DNA of 62,005 nucleotides, counting the filler, from Choristocarpus tenellus KU-1152 (Eukaryota > Protista > Phaeophyceae), in NCBI GenBank assembly GCA_964200185.2. It is 10 parts of 10 records of this genome, joined end to end, with 100 filler letters (N's around TTAATTAATTAA, not from the genome) between each part and the next. Parts side by side here need not be neighbours in the genome. Positions count along the whole stretch, not along the records: positions 1 to 3,460 come from CAXNAD020019886.1; positions 3,561 to 7,412 come from CAXNAD020017570.1; positions 7,513 to 10,325 come from CAXNAD020024529.1; positions 10,426 to 26,147 come from CAXNAD020000941.1; 6 more parts are not named here. One strand, 5' to 3'. This document shows positions 1 to 13,207 of this stretch, piece by piece. Under the pieces are notes generated by a model. The model did no database searches and had not been told where the DNA came from. It saw only the letters and a list, made by a program, of their open reading frames with translations. The translations under genes and the position numbers were made by a program. Each line of letters starts with the position of its first letter. The first letter of the stretch is position 1.

Positions 1-44
1 TCTACCCCCCCCCCCCCCCCCCCACCCCCTCTTTTTTTTTGCAG

Positions 45-3000
45 GATCCTCCTCTTCCTGCGTCTGTCCTTGGATTGATGTTTGAGGCGTTTATGAGTCG
101 ATTTGTTAGTCGGTGGTATGTGGATGATGAAATCAAGGCTCTCATGGTGTCCTACAGGGTTTTCCGGGTGAGGTGGGGTGGATGGCGTTTTTATTGTGGG
201 GTTTTTGTGGGGTCGTTGTGAGTGTCAAGGTGGATTGTGTTTTTCAAATGTGTGTGTGTGTGTGTGTATGTATGTGCGAATGTGTTTTGTGTTTTTAATT
301 TTAATTTTAATTTTTGTTATTGTGTTCTAATAGTGAGAACATGGTGGGAAGCACCAATATATATTGAAAGGAAATGCTCTTATTCTTACTTTTGGTAGTG
401 ATTTTGATTTGAGATGCCTGCTGCCGAGTTGTGTGTCCACTGTTGTCTTGGCCTGTGTTCATCTGTGGAAGGTGATGCTTTTAATTGAAGGCGTCATTTG
501 ATAGTAAAAAAAAATCTAAACTTTTTTTTTTCAATGGAAGATGAAAATTTCTCCAGTCTGTGTCGAATATATTTCCTTTTTTTTTTTAAAGGAAAGTGAA
601 TGGTTCCCCCAAGAGTTTTCCAATATATTCTTAGAAGGAAAATAGAAAGTATTATTTTTTTTGTATTGGAACATGCCATTGTAGTGTAGTAGGATATCGT
701 CTTGTCATCATCAGAATATATGTTGTTGGTTAACCTCTGAAGAGTTTCTAATATTGATACATTTACATATTCTATTACTTCTGATAGTGCACTGATGATT
801 CGTCTTGTCTACTCCCATTTTGTGATGAAAAATATGGAACAGAAATAAAATGATTCTGAAATAAAATGTTCTTGGAAAACGAGTTCGTGGTTGCTTTGTT
901 TCTTTACTATGATCCAGATTCTCTTTCTCTTTTTTATATTTTTTTCTTTTCAATTAAATTGAGCCACTGTGAAACTGCCCCCCCTTTTTGTCCTGGACAA
1001 GGCCCATGTTGAAGTCCGTCCCTAACACACTTCGACGGTAGCAATAGGTGAATCAGTCTCGAATTTTGAGAGTTAGGATTTATAATATAGGAATAGAAAC
1101 GGCTCATGTCCTTGCATGGACAGACTTACAGATCGCACCTTCATAGGGCTGGTCTGGGTGTATCATCCTACATACCTCACCCCCTTGTAGTAGAATCATG
1201 ATGTACAGCACAACTGTTGTATGCTTGCAGGAAGGCGTCTATTGCAAGTACTACGGAGCTCTGTGATTGATTGTGCTCATTGAGATCTCTGCCCTATGAT
1301 TGTTTTATTTTTTGACCCTTCCCGACAGGGGTCTTATCTTTATCTATTTCTTAGATATTTACAAGGTGATGATCTAATATGTTGATGACTTTTTTGAGTT
1401 TTCTAACGATGCCTCTTTTTATAATATATACATACATATATTGTGTGTATGCGTGTATGCGTTTGTATATCGCCATCCAAGGTGTTGATGTTCTATGTCG
1501 ACCCGTCACTGGCTAACAAGTTGGATGAGTGTGGCTTTTCACCAGAACTATATGCCACCGCTTGGTTGATCACACTCTTCAGCAGGTATGTATGTGTGTG
1601 TGTACATAGTGGAAATGAAAATATAATAGTGATAGAAATAATAGTATTAATAAAGATAATGATAATGGTGATGATGATAGTAGGAAAGGTAGGACTGGAA
1701 GTGATAATAACGGTTTCTTTAATTCAGAGAATTACGATATTTTTTGAAAGATTTTTTATTTTGATTTATTTTAATTCTTGTATCAGAGGTAATTTGTACA
1801 TAATTTGTACATGTTGAAGGGTGGTGTCTATTGAGAGGGGTGTATCGTAGGGTGTATTGGTGTACAGTCATGACATGCTTTTCTTGAAAGTTCTTTTTGT
1901 TTATGTCGGTGATGGAGTTCTCACCTATGTGAAGGCGTGTTGTGTATATCAGTTCAAATTGAGTACAGAGTATTTTAAAAATAGCGTTCAAATTGTTTTA
2001 AAAATAGAGTTCAAAGTATTTAAAAACTAAGGTACAAATTATTTTAGAACGGAGTACATACACACTGTTAAAAAATAAAAAATTAGATAGCAAATTATTA
2101 GAAATATATAGAGTACAAATTACTTGAAAATACAAATGATTAAAATCATACATCGTACAGTTTGCTTAAATATAGATAATTAAAACTGATCTAAAAAATA
2201 GGGTACAAATTATTTAAAAAAAATTCGAGTTCTTTTCCTGTTCCTTGTAGAAGAATCCCTCCCCCCAAAAAAAAGAGAGAGAGAGGAGAGAGGAGAGAGT
2301 CTGATTTTAGAGTACGTGATGCAATTGTTGGATAGTTAACTGGAACAAGGGCGATTCACTCTGTGTCGGGTAGAAATATAAATATAAATATAAATAATAT
2401 GAGTACAAATAATAGAAACACAAATAATATCAATATAAATAATAGAAATACAAATAATAGAAAATACAAATAATAGAAATAGCCGCTAGACAGAACTGCT
2501 TCAAAAAAAGACAACACAAGACTGCTGGGACTGGTAGAGGACACCCGAACCCGATGGGGTGAGTGGTCCATTCACATCATTTTTACGAATGGGGAACAAG
2601 ATGCCTGTGACATGAATTGATCTTTTCCCGACCAAGAACAGGACAGATGACTATGACATCCTTTCTGGTGTTGCACAGATGGGGATTGAAGATGTGGGGT
2701 CCGTTGTGGTTTTGAATGAGATGCTGAAGGCGATTGGGTCCGTGACTATTAGACTATGGAAAGTATATATATATATATATATTTATACATTTTTTTTTTT
2801 GTGTGTGTGTGTGTGTGTTTTTTTTGGAGCTGTTACAGATTTCTCGAGCGATTTTTTGATTGAGTTTTGTGCTGTCGATTTTTTATTCGTTTTTTTTCAA
2901 AGTTTTTAAGTGTTTTTTTTTCAATATTTTATTACATTTTGTTCAATATTTAAAGTGTATTTTGTATTTTTTTTAATACTTTAATGCATTTTTTTTTTTG

Positions 3001-3460
3001 TGCTGCGTTGTTGTCCTTTTGAATATATTATCCAAATATAGAATATATTTATGGAAACAAAATGGGTAACTGAGACCCACAGAAGCAGTAAGAATAGCGC
3101 ATGGTTTTGCACCAATACTCTTAACGATATTGGCAAGAAATATTTATTATTTTTTTATTAATTTGGGTATATCATTCGGTCTTTACTGTTCCTTTCTTCA
3201 TACTTATTTTTTATATCAGTATGTGTGTGTTGCGTGTGTGTTTTCTTCTTTATTTAATATTTATTTTGTATCAGTATGTGTGTGTTGCGTGTGTGTTTTC
3301 TTCTTTGTTTAATATTTATTTTATATCAATTTTTGTGTGTTGCGCGCATGCGTGCGTGTGTGTGTTTTTTTTTTTAATTTTTTTTTTAATTTTTCAGGAA
3401 CCTTCCGCTGGATATGGTGACAAGGCTCTGGGACATGTACATTGCGGTGGATGATCCCGC
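45..3460 (+). CDS. Rab-GAP TBC-domain protein (TBCK-like TBC domain), partial, 3 internal exons
   Basis: Phase-compatible GT-AG exons 45-167, 1482-1585 and 3398->3460 splice to ...FEAFMSRFVSRWYVDDEIKALMVSYRVFR|VLMFYVDPSLANKLDECGFSPELYATAWLITLFSR|NLPLDMVTRLWDMYIAVDDP. This matches the TBC C-terminal pattern (DPxLxxHL...P.LYA..W..TLF....P...V.RLWD). Truncated at both ends by the window edge and a linker. Confidence 0.88.
2510..2765 (+). mobile_element. possible decayed hAT transposase fragment in TBC intron
   Basis: Broken-frame peptides LLGLVEDTRTRW and (TDGD*)...VVLNEMLKAIGSVTIRL resemble the hAT 'LxxDVxTRW' and 'xxEWxxLxxLxxILxPFxxAT' segments. Stops and frameshifts are present; similarity judged by eye only. 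Confidence 0.3.
3197..3345. repeat. imperfect ~50-bp intronic tandem repeat (about 2.5-3 copies)
   Basis: Recurring TTATTTT(G/A)TATCAGTATGTGTGTGTTGCGTGTGTGTTTTCTTCTTT.TTTAATA unit just upstream of TBC exon 3. Confidence 0.7.
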
Positions 3461-3560
3461 NNNNNNNNNNNNNNNNNNNNNNNNNNNNNNNNNNNNNNNN
3501 NNNNTTAATTAATTAANNNNNNNNNNNNNNNNNNNNNNNNNNNNNNNNNNNNNNNNNNNN
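3461..3560. other. artificial contig linker
   Basis: N44-TTAATTAATTAA-N44 (stops in all six frames). Confidence 0.99.
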
Positions 3561-3590
3561 GGGGGGGGGGGGGTTGGGGGGGTGGATGGG

Positions 3591-3625
<35 letters not shown>

Positions 3626-4681
3626 AGAAGTAGTGTTTCTTTTTGTTTTGTTGAAAGGCAAAGTGCTGATGCATTGCAAAGTTGACAAACAACTTGTAGC
3701 ATAGTTTACACGCCAGGCAATTTCAATACAAACTTACCACTGACTGCTTTGGAGTTTCATCATGTTTCCCACCCCTCCCCCCCTCACAAGGCATATGTTT
3801 AAATGGAACTCACAAATAACATTGTAAATGGCCCAAAAACTAGTTTTTAGCTTCTTCCAGGTCCCATAGGAGAGCAGGAGAGACTTTGGTAAAGCAGTTC
3901 AAACATTTTTTTTTTTTTGAACAATTACTACTTTTTTTTCTAGATTTTTTCAGAGACAAAAAAATTGCAGGTCAGGAAAGTGGTACAATATTAAGACAAT
4001 TGGTACTAATGACACTATCAGACACACACCGGGGACCAGCATTTTTGTAGTCATACTGCATGGGCCACTGAACTACAAACCTCCTTAAAAAAAGCCTGGT
4101 GTCGTTTTGGTGAAAAATACCACCTCAATTCAAGCCAGAAGGGCATAAACACCTCTGCTCTCAGATCTCTCTTCCTCCCTTTCTTTGCGGGTAATGGAGT
4201 AGGTAGCCCCAGGGCGCCACAGGCACCGTGTCTTGGGTATCTCTATCTTACTCTTTTTTCTTTCCTTGCGACAGGAGTTGCAAGGTGCTGACTCTATCTC
4301 TATCGTACACATTCTATTATGAAGAAATGAAATGCTATACGCCTAGAAGAAGAGTAGACCGTTTCCAATATTGCAAGGGGGAATTTTATTGCACAGCCAA
4401 GTTACGTATGACCTTTTATCAGGCGGTCACTTGTATTATAGTTTCTATAGTCAATGTTTACATTCCCCTACTACATACGATTCCCAACCAATGTATTCCA
4501 GACTAAGCGACACTCTCCACCACGAAATGCATGGCATTCGCCAGGACCAAAGTGATAAGCCAGACCAGAGGCATTAGTGGGGGAAACACCACTATGGTTC
4601 AGTTATCTATGTTACTAAGTAGTGCTTATTCACACCTGTATTTGCATCCCACCATGAGACAGACTCTACAAACACCGTCCG

Positions 4682-4715
<34 letters not shown>

Positions 4716-5290
4716 ACATTTAAACAAAANNNNNNNNNNTTTTTTTTTTTTTTTAATAAATTGGGCTTATTCCCACCTGTTTTTCCCCCCCCCCAAGAGA
4801 CCCCCTCCAAAAACCCCGCCCCCCCCCCCCCCCCCCCATTCCCAATCCCGTCAACAAATTTTAACAGAAGTCATAAATGTTTCTCAGCACCTCTCCAGCA
4901 GACCGTAAACAAATGCGACTGCCTGGATAAACCAGTGTATTTCAGAGGAGATCAGTGGATCAATACTATCTATACTGTGGCAGCATACACACTACTATTA
5001 ATATGCACCTACTCAAAGCACTTCAAATTACATAGGTGTGGCACCAGCACGGAGGATTGATCAAGTGGTAAGGAGAAAGCACCATAGAGAGTCTATACAT
5101 AGATTACATAGATTACCCAGAAAAAAGATGTCACCCTGTTAGAACTAGGGAGAGGTCCATCGGATGGTATAAAGATGGGGGGGGGGGGGGGGGGGGGGTT
5201 GGGTTTTGCNNNNNNNNNNGAACAGGGGGGAGGCGCCCGGGTGGGGAAAAAAGGGGGGGGGGGGGGGGGAGGGGAGGATTGTGTTTTCAC

Positions 5291-7282
5291 CTTGACAATC
5301 ATATGCTTCCGCAGCACCCCCTCAAGCTTGAATCCTAGAGACTCTGCAGCAAGTCGGGCCTCCCTGTCCCCCGCATCTAGTCGCATCTCCACCCTCCTGT
5401 ACTTGAGGCCAAACAGGTGACAGAGGAGAAGATACATGGCCTCCCTGAGGGATGGACTGCTACGGTATGTTGGGTTCACCCAGAGGTCACCTGCGAGAAA
5501 GTTTGGGGAGATAAAAGTCCGCTTGTGATTTAGATATGGGGTGATTTAAGAAAATATAACTCCAAAATTACCATAGACTGATTCTGAAGGCAAAACAGTC
5601 AGTCGTGGCTCATACTGCACGGGAACAGGGGGCAACGCCGCAGGTTAAACAGACGTGCAGAAGGACAGGGGGGAGCAGGGATTTCAGTTCTTAGAAAAGG
5701 TTCTTGGAAGGGCATTTGATAGTCGTGCAATATACTGCTCCAATTAATCTGGGAACAGGAAGAGAGTGTAAACATGGAAAGAAAACACACGTCAATGGTG
5801 ACTCATGTGCCTGTCTCCACCTAACCTCTCTCTCAACTTTCTTGCCTTGAACTTCCAGAACACAGCCAAGGTCAAAAAAATAAAAAACGAACTAAGAACA
5901 TACCTCCATACATACCTATTTCGGCACGGAGATCCTTGGGCTCATTGGCTAGGATACACGCCATCCCAATCGTATGAAAAGTCTCTCGGTCAACCTTGGG
6001 ATGTAGGGGAATGCATGTGTGAGGGAGATGAAGAGGGTGGGGGAAGGATGACCCACCTCAGGGATTTGCTTCAGGAGCTCAGTCCGCGGAAATGGTAAGG
6101 TTATCTTGAGTGAGAGGCCATGGCAGCGTGTCAAAAGACTGGAAAACGACATGACAGGTGAACCGTCAATGGTGTAGCATTAGAAGGTTCGAGTCAGTTT
6201 TGTTTTTTGGGATGGTGTAAGGATGCCATGTCTAGTTTGGAGTACAACACAGTTTACATACAACGTCAGTGATTTCCTTCATACACACACCATTCTACAG
6301 GCAATCGCGCATTCTTTCCATCATGATGGCAACCTTTGAAATAGACTGATTTATCGGTGGACAGTTATTGGAGACCTCCCTGATTTACAACACAACTATG
6401 ATACTGAATGTGTAAGTATGATTCAAGGCTCATGGTGATGGGTGAGACGGGAAAGGAAGGCTCAGAGTATAGGGTATATTTTGAGGAGACTCATAAACAA
6501 ATGAGGGCCAACTTGCTGCTACTTCTAGTTGAACCTGAGGAGAATAAAACATCTACTCCACAAGCAGTTGAAGCATGAGCTCTCGCCCTTACAAGGGTCA
6601 CATTGGGAGAGTTGTCTAGGTTTAAACTGAGGGGCGTGCACGTTTGCTGGGTGGGGGGGTGACAAGAAGAAAAAATCTGCATATAAATATACCCCAAAGT
6701 GATTAATCGCAAATTAATGGGGGAAGGGTAGCCATAATCTGGAGGAAGTGTCAAGACATAAACATACAGCCTGTAAGCCTCTGTGAACATTGCTGTTTCT
6801 CCTGCCAGCAAGATCGCTCATTCAAATTGTGGGTTGATGCATGACACAAAACCCAAGACAAAACCATGGGAAGGGGTTTTGATAGCATGGCCCACCAAAG
6901 GCTCAATAATAATAATCACAAAGGTTGTACTATGTACTACTATAATACCAATTAGTTAGAAGTATGAAGTATGAAGTATACCTCAGAGTAGAAGTAAACC
7001 TAGCAAATACCAAAGAGTGTAGACACAAGGGGACACAGGGTGGGAGGGACTCCAATGGTGTCGACTGATCCCTGCTGCAGCTCAAATACTGCTGCATCAC
7101 AGTGACAAAGGCCTTTTCCTATGTCGATAATTCTTCTCAACTCAGCTCTCACCAATTTGAAACGCATACCGTCTGGCAGTTCCTGTAGGAGTGTTGATTC
7201 CTGCATATCCTTCAACGATTCGAATGGACCATGAAGACTCGGTGCCCAAATCAGATTGTCGGCATCGTACGCATGCCCCAGT
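5291..7282 (-). CDS. GNAT-family N-acetyltransferase (RimJ/RimL, Acetyltransf_3 type), partial, 3 exons
   Basis: Minus-strand exons 7282-7153, 5994-5916 and 5490-5291 splice in phase to ...DNLIWAPSLHGPFESLKDMQ...MRFKL|VDRETFHTIGMACILANEPKDLRAEIG|DLWVNPTYRSSPSLREAMYLLLCHLFGLKYRRVEMRLDAGDREARLAAESLGFKLEGVLRKHMIVK. EAxYLLL..F.L.YRR.E and LGF..EG..R.HMI are typical of this family. First and last exons not found in the contig. Confidence 0.9.
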
Positions 7283-7412
7283 CTATGTATTGAGAACACC
7301 CAAGGAGGGGGTCATGAAATGGAAGGGATATTTAAAGTGTGGAGGGGGTGGGGTTGGCGGTAGCAGAGGAGAAAGCTAGCTAGCAGGAGGGAAGGGATAT
7401 TATAAAATGAGA

Positions 7413-7512
7413 NNNNNNNNNNNNNNNNNNNNNNNNNNNNNNNNNNNNNNNNNNNNTTAATTAATTAANNNNNNNNNNNNNNNNNNNNNNNNNNNNNNNN
7501 NNNNNNNNNNNN
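7413..7512. other. artificial contig linker
   Basis: N44-TTAATTAATTAA-N44. Confidence 0.99.
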
Positions 7513-7781
7513 GGGAAACCAATGAAAACTATATATATATGTCGTTGTTAGCCTACCATCTATATTCTACCACTACCTATCTGTGCGTCCAACCTACCTA
7601 TTCTTGGGGAGGCTCTCAAGTAGCATTATATATATAATTTATATGACTCTTATCTACAATGATATTATTAACTAATATGGTCTCGAACATTTTATCAATA
7701 GTGTCCTTATTTGGTTAGTTCCACCCCAAACAAGTCCAGTCCATACCACCTCCTCCTATACCTAGCGTTGTGTCCTCCGTA

Positions 7782-9253
7782 ATGTGTAAGGAGGGGAAGT
7801 TGAAAACTAAGTCAGATGGGTTTATCCTCTCGTCTACCGCCCTAGACATGATCGAGGCATACAAGTACAAGTCAGGGTCTTACACATGGCTTGACAACAA
7901 GCTCACACCCTTTTGGAACTGGGCAGTCACTTTGCTCCCTATGTGGATGGCACCGAACCTTGTCACCTCCATTGGTCTAATTGGTATCGTCTTTTCGACA
8001 GCAATTGTGACCAGCTTCTCGCCAACATTGGAAAGTGAGGTACCTAGATGGTGCTACATCCTCTTCGTGATATTCTTTTTCATCTACCAAACCCTCGACG
8101 CAATCGACGGAAAGCAGGCTAGGCGCACGAACTCCTCCAGTCCACTGGGCCAACTGTTTGACCATGGTTGTGACACTATTGTTAAGGTGCGATGGACTAG
8201 GATGGAGAATCCGAAAGCAAGAGCAACCACAATCATGGCCTTTGAATGTTACCACGGTGTTGCATACTTGCTTGAAGATTGGGAAGGGAGATTAGGGGAC
8301 CTACTCAGACCTTTGCATATATGTTTCCTAGTCTTGCGCGGTCCTGTCACGACCTTAGATGAGTCTTTCGACCTTGCCCTTGGTTAATAGTTGTGATCCA
8401 GATCCAGATCGGGTTTTCCAATCGTTACTTCACTCACTGCAACCAATCCAGCGACAACCCTCGCACAGTTGCTCTGCAGTATCGCCATCGCAGCCAGTAT
8501 GCGCATGGGATCCTCTTGGAAGACCATGCTCGTCTTTTGCATGATTGAGGGGGTTTTCTACTTTGCCCAATGGGAGGAGTACCACACGGGCACACTCAAC
8601 TGGAGCAATGGATTGTTCGGTGTAACAGAGTCACAGTATCTGCAGATGTTCATACTCCTGGCCGCTGCTGCATTTGGTGAGTTGTTTATGATACGATGAG
8701 ACGGAGGTAAGGTTGGAGGTGTGGCGGTGGGATGAGTGTGAGAAGGGGGTTGGTGATTGGACTTTCAGAGTCGGGTGTTTTCCGCATTGGAATATGAACT
8801 GCACACAAGAATGATCGAAATTGCCGCTGTTTGGGTTTAGTATTCAGGGGTCAATGTATACTGGTTTGATAGTAGATGTGTTGTGTGTAGGACGGTCCTT
8901 GCGAGAAATCCACATGTGGGACACTGTCGCGATGTGTCTCTGATCACCATCCACTTTGCCGCTGCAAACCATTCTCATGCTCCCCCCCCACCTTCACCCC
9001 CTCACTGCTCTGTCACTCTTATTGTCCTTCCATGGCATATGTCCATGCCAACAATCACCACCCTGGTAACCAACCCACAACAGGTGAAGATGTGTGGGTG
9101 ACCCCGATTCCAGCGGCAGGAGACTTGACGATTTGGAGTATCTTGATTGTGATTATTCCTGCATGTGCTGTATTATTGGTGGGCGACTCTGTGTACCGGG
9201 TTTGGGGATCCTCATTGACGACTCTACCCATGGAGGAGAGGGGTAGAAAATCA
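7782..9253 (+). CDS. choline/ethanolamine phosphotransferase (CEPT/EPT/AAPT family, CDP-alcohol phosphotransferase), 5' part
   Basis: Exons 7782-8186, 8469-8676 and 9084-9253 with GT-AG borders in compatible phase. Contains [29 protein letters not shown], the full CDP-alcohol phosphotransferase motif [26 protein letters not shown], and [10 protein letters not shown]...GVTE. 3' exons lie beyond the contig end. Confidence 0.96.
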
Positions 9254-10264
9254 GTGAGTCCCTTAAGGTATTGGTTTCCCTGGGCGTGGGAGAAGATAGA
9301 GATGGAGGGCGTTGTCAGAGGATGTGCAGAATGGTTGCCAGGAGAGGGAGGTGACAGATTGTGAATTGTCAAAGAGTCTTACGGGGAGTTTGTGGGTACT
9401 TTGGAGACACCTCTTCTTTTGCATCTAGAGTAGAACTGTATCGTACTTATGTATGTTGTGGTAGAACATTAGAAACTCATCTCTGAGCATTAGAAAGACT
9501 GAACCTTCATTTTACCTTGGGTAACATATTTGTAACTCTTCTCTGATTTTTTTCACAGGTATTCTTTTTTGGCCACTGACTCCTTGTTTTCTTCTCTGTA
9601 TACTTACCCTTGTTGGGGAAATGTTGGTTAGCTAAAAGGCAATCAGTACATAGACATTGCATCTGCTAACCACTTGCCAATGTGCTAGATTCTTTTAAAA
9701 AAGAAATGGCAGCTCAGATAGGTCAGTAGTAGTTGCATGGTCATGTTGTCTGTCAAATGTGGGTATCCTTGATACTTCAACCTGACCTCTCACGGCAGAT
9801 TCTTGACCTAATGGATGTATTATTAGTAGACCTAATTGAAGTATACCGAAGAATGAGTAGATCATTGAACAGTTTCTGTGCCTCCTCTCAAGAGGCCCCC
9901 TCCGCCCAACTTATCCCCCTACCTCACTTGTGTCTTCAAAGTTTTGTTTCCTCATTCCACCTGCAAAGGATACTTCATTTCCGTTATGTAAGACCCTCCT
10001 GTTTAGTTCTAGGACGAGGTCACAGCTGCCAACATATTTACCCATCATTCTGTGACTGCCCTTCCAAGGGCTCAAGCATAATGAAGCCCCAGGCTTTTAA
10101 AATTAGGTCTAGGCAGGTTGGACCATAGTGTGGTTGCCTTTGTTACATGAATGTTCAGTAAGTCTTTTTTTGACCTCTTGCCATTGGAGTATGTACACTG
10201 TGAAGGACAACTTTGGCTGTGTGGTTGTTTTCTCTTGTGGGAGTCACAGCACTTTGTTATGCTT

Positions 10265-10296
<32 letters not shown>

Positions 10297-10325
10297 TCCC
10301 TTTCTTCCACCACCCCCCTCCCCCC

Positions 10326-10425
10326 NNNNNNNNNNNNNNNNNNNNNNNNNNNNNNNNNNNNNNNNNNNNTTAATTAATTAANNNNNNNNNNNNNNNNNNN
10401 NNNNNNNNNNNNNNNNNNNNNNNNN
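10326..10425. other. artificial contig linker
   Basis: N44-TTAATTAATTAA-N44. Confidence 0.99.
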
Positions 10426-12296
10426 GTTGGTGGGTCAGTATGACTGGTGATGTAACTTATATAGTCCACAGTATGGGCCACCCCTGTTAAAGTACTGATG
10501 GTGCCTTTCAGAGGAACACTGTACTGCCTATAAAGCCACGACCCTATTTGCTATCCAGTGGTTTGATTGTGAATGAATTAATAGGATTTTTAGCAAATGC
10601 TGACACTGGAGTTATTGTGTTGATGCAAGTGTTGCTTTGTTCGGTGATGCCTGCTGCTAAGCACCCCTGAAAATCTTGCTAGTTTTATTGTGTTGGCATC
10701 ACCCTCCCGTGTGCTGTGAAGATTACTGTGCACTGTGCACTCAAAACCTATGCTGCACACCCTGGGCAGTGGCATCAGTATATTAACAAGATAACACCGA
10801 TATAAAAAATCGAATTGGGGGGAGGGTACACCTCTTTCCCCTTTGGTTCAACAGTTCAAAGGACATATACTAGTCTCTGTGGGGGAATATTTGACAATGC
10901 CTGGCTGTACAGGACACACTAAGCGAACCTCTCTGACCACTATATGGTAAGCATCGTTTCTGTTTCTGTTTCAACAAAATAGTGTCCTTAATTTATGCTT
11001 ACCAAGCTTCTGATTTCTTAAAGGTGTTTGGGTATTTTTCCATGGTTGAACAGTGGCATCACAATATGTTGGCATATAACCCATCATTGCAAGAGGATAG
11101 CTTTGCGCAGAGGGGATTCTAAGGCTAACTTTACCACATAACCATGTGACAGCCCCACAAGAGAAGTGAGTAGTTCCTGATAATTGAATCGGTGATGCTA
11201 GTAGCCGTGTGCTATTTTTGTAGTCTCTGAGGAGTTAGCTCCTGGGTCTGCATTGAGGTCGTTTTCACTTTCTTTTTCCACTTCTGATGGAGGGATACAA
11301 AGGTAGGAAGGGGAGATGAACTCTGATTGAAGGGGAAGATGGTGGGGGGGAGGGGGACAGTGAGTTTTGGTGTTGCCCCATCGTGGAAGAAGTCTTGAAA
11401 ACAATCCCTAATCTCAAAACTTCTGCACTTCTCCCTCCCCCCTCAATCACCCACGTTTACACTTGTGCTTGTTGAATCTTCAATATTATTGGTAATGATG
11501 TCTTGCGTTTAGTGCAACCCCTGCCCCCTATTTATCAAAGATTTTTTCCCTACCCTTCCCTCCAAACCTCAACTCCTAGCCCCTACCATACTCTTGCACA
11601 AAGTCCTCAAAGCTAGCCTCCCCCACAGTGCTCTAAAATTCGTGCAATTCATGAAAAAAAATGGCATGTAACCCTCAAGTCTTGGCTTCAAACCGTGTTC
11701 TCAGGAGGTGATGTGCTCAGTGTTTGTTGTTGCATTCTGTGCAACTGTGGGGCTGGATGCAGGGAGTGGCAAGAAGACCCTGGGAGTGACTGTGAACAAC
11801 ACTTCAACAGATTGGGCTGATGGCGATTCAAGGTGTGCTCACGTGTGTATATGTGTGCAAATATCTATGCTTGTGTGAGTGTGTGTGTATTGCATTAACT
11901 AAGTGGCATATGCGTGCCATGAAGCGCTTGCCCCATCCATCTTGGAGATGAGTAGACACGTGGGCTGAGGTCAGGGTTCTTTGACACGCAGACTTAATGG
12001 TGCTGTGGATGGAATGGGTTACCTCACAGCCGAAGGTGAATGATGAGTGGCCTATCGGAACTAGAAGAAATCGAAAACGTCTGCTGATACATCTACCACC
12101 TATTTTATTTGTGTGTGTGTGTGTGTGTATTCACCGAGTCTTTGTTTTCTTGAGGTATTGGTTTTCAATCCCGATTCTTGTTGGTGTTGATGTTCACGGG
12201 TGGATACCTATCGTTATTCCAAAGACTTTTTGTAGGCTCGCTGTGCATGAGGGGGATCGAATCAAGGTTTTGAGTGAATTCTTTTTTTGTTTGCAG

Positions 12297-13207
12297 GAAG
12301 TTGCGAAGAGATGGGTCGCAGTAAATTAGCAGTAAGGATCAGTAAATCATGTGGGTTGCTGCGCCGGGAAATGGACCGGCTTCAGCTGGAATTGAACTGC
12401 CTCCACAAGAAATTCATTAGACTGGTATGTATAGTATGGTGGTGTTAGGGTTATAGGTTTTGCATACATTGATGTACTGACATTGAAAACGTTTTGCATT
12501 GTGCGGTTAATGGTTCATTTCATTATCGTCTCAATGCGTTCTGCTGGAAAATTTGGTAGTAATTCCCTTTGTGCATTGCCGCAGATCATATTGTTGTGCT
12601 TCTGCAATTCTGTTGGTCTATGTGCTGGTCTCGGTATGGTATCACCTTGTTCTTGCTCATCCATATCATTGCTAGTCATCGACAATAGTCATGACTCTGT
12701 TGCAAACTTTGTCAATATTTCAGAGTGATGAACTTTATTGATAGTTCAGTGTGATGAAACTTGAAACATCATATATTTTATGTTTATGTCCCCAATGGCG
12801 TGTACCCTCCACACCGCCTCTCCTCTATGATGGGAAAAAAAGCAGAGTATACTCTTTCTCCAACAAGGATGGCGTAGCAGAAATGGAGTCGGATCAACCA
12901 GAGGACGCAAGAGCGCTTGTCGCCCAACAAGGTACATCCCTTGACTTGAATAATAGTAACTCTTCCTCCTTAGGGAGTCACCCCGAAAAAGAGCAGAACA
13001 GGCGAGATGATGGGGCCAAGGGGGATGGACATACGGACGTGAGGAGGATGGGAGAAGTCAAGGATGTGACTTTGAGTTCAGCACTAGGCGGGGTTATGTG
13101 TGAGACTGAGAAGGGTGGGGTGGGCTTAGTGGAACATCACCAGGTGCCATCGGGAGAACAGCAGGAAGGAAGCCTGGTGTCTGGAGATGATGAACCGCCA
13201 GATGAAG
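12297..13207 (+). CDS. two probable internal exons of an unidentified protein (acidic, low-complexity)
   Basis: Exon 12297-12424 (polypyrimidine-ttgcAG, GTATGT donor, one open frame ...LRREMDRLQLELNCLHKKFIRL) is phase-compatible with exon 12868-~13207 (DGVAEMESDQPEDARAL...GDDEPPDE). No family motif recognised. May belong to the gene at 24.3-25.9 kb. Confidence 0.45.

Noticed and set aside
4620-4840. Local duplication flanking a 10-N gap (similar cases at ~5175-5280 and 40720-40880)
   Set aside because: One copy is a homopolymer-degraded version of the other beside poly-C/G tracts, typical of low-quality read ends and scaffolding overlap rather than biology.
6180-6205. tRNA/B-box-like GGTTCGAGTC
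   Set aside because: No cloverleaf or acceptor stem around it.
7782-9253. Selenoprotein I (Sec-containing EPT1)
   Set aside because: The C-terminal exons and 3' UTR are outside the contig, so no UGA or SECIS can be assessed.
11705-11832. Candidate exon EVMCSVFVVAFCATVGLDAG...
   Set aside because: Splice sites are plausible, but its only open frame is not phase-compatible with the next candidate exon at 12297, and it has no recognisable motif.
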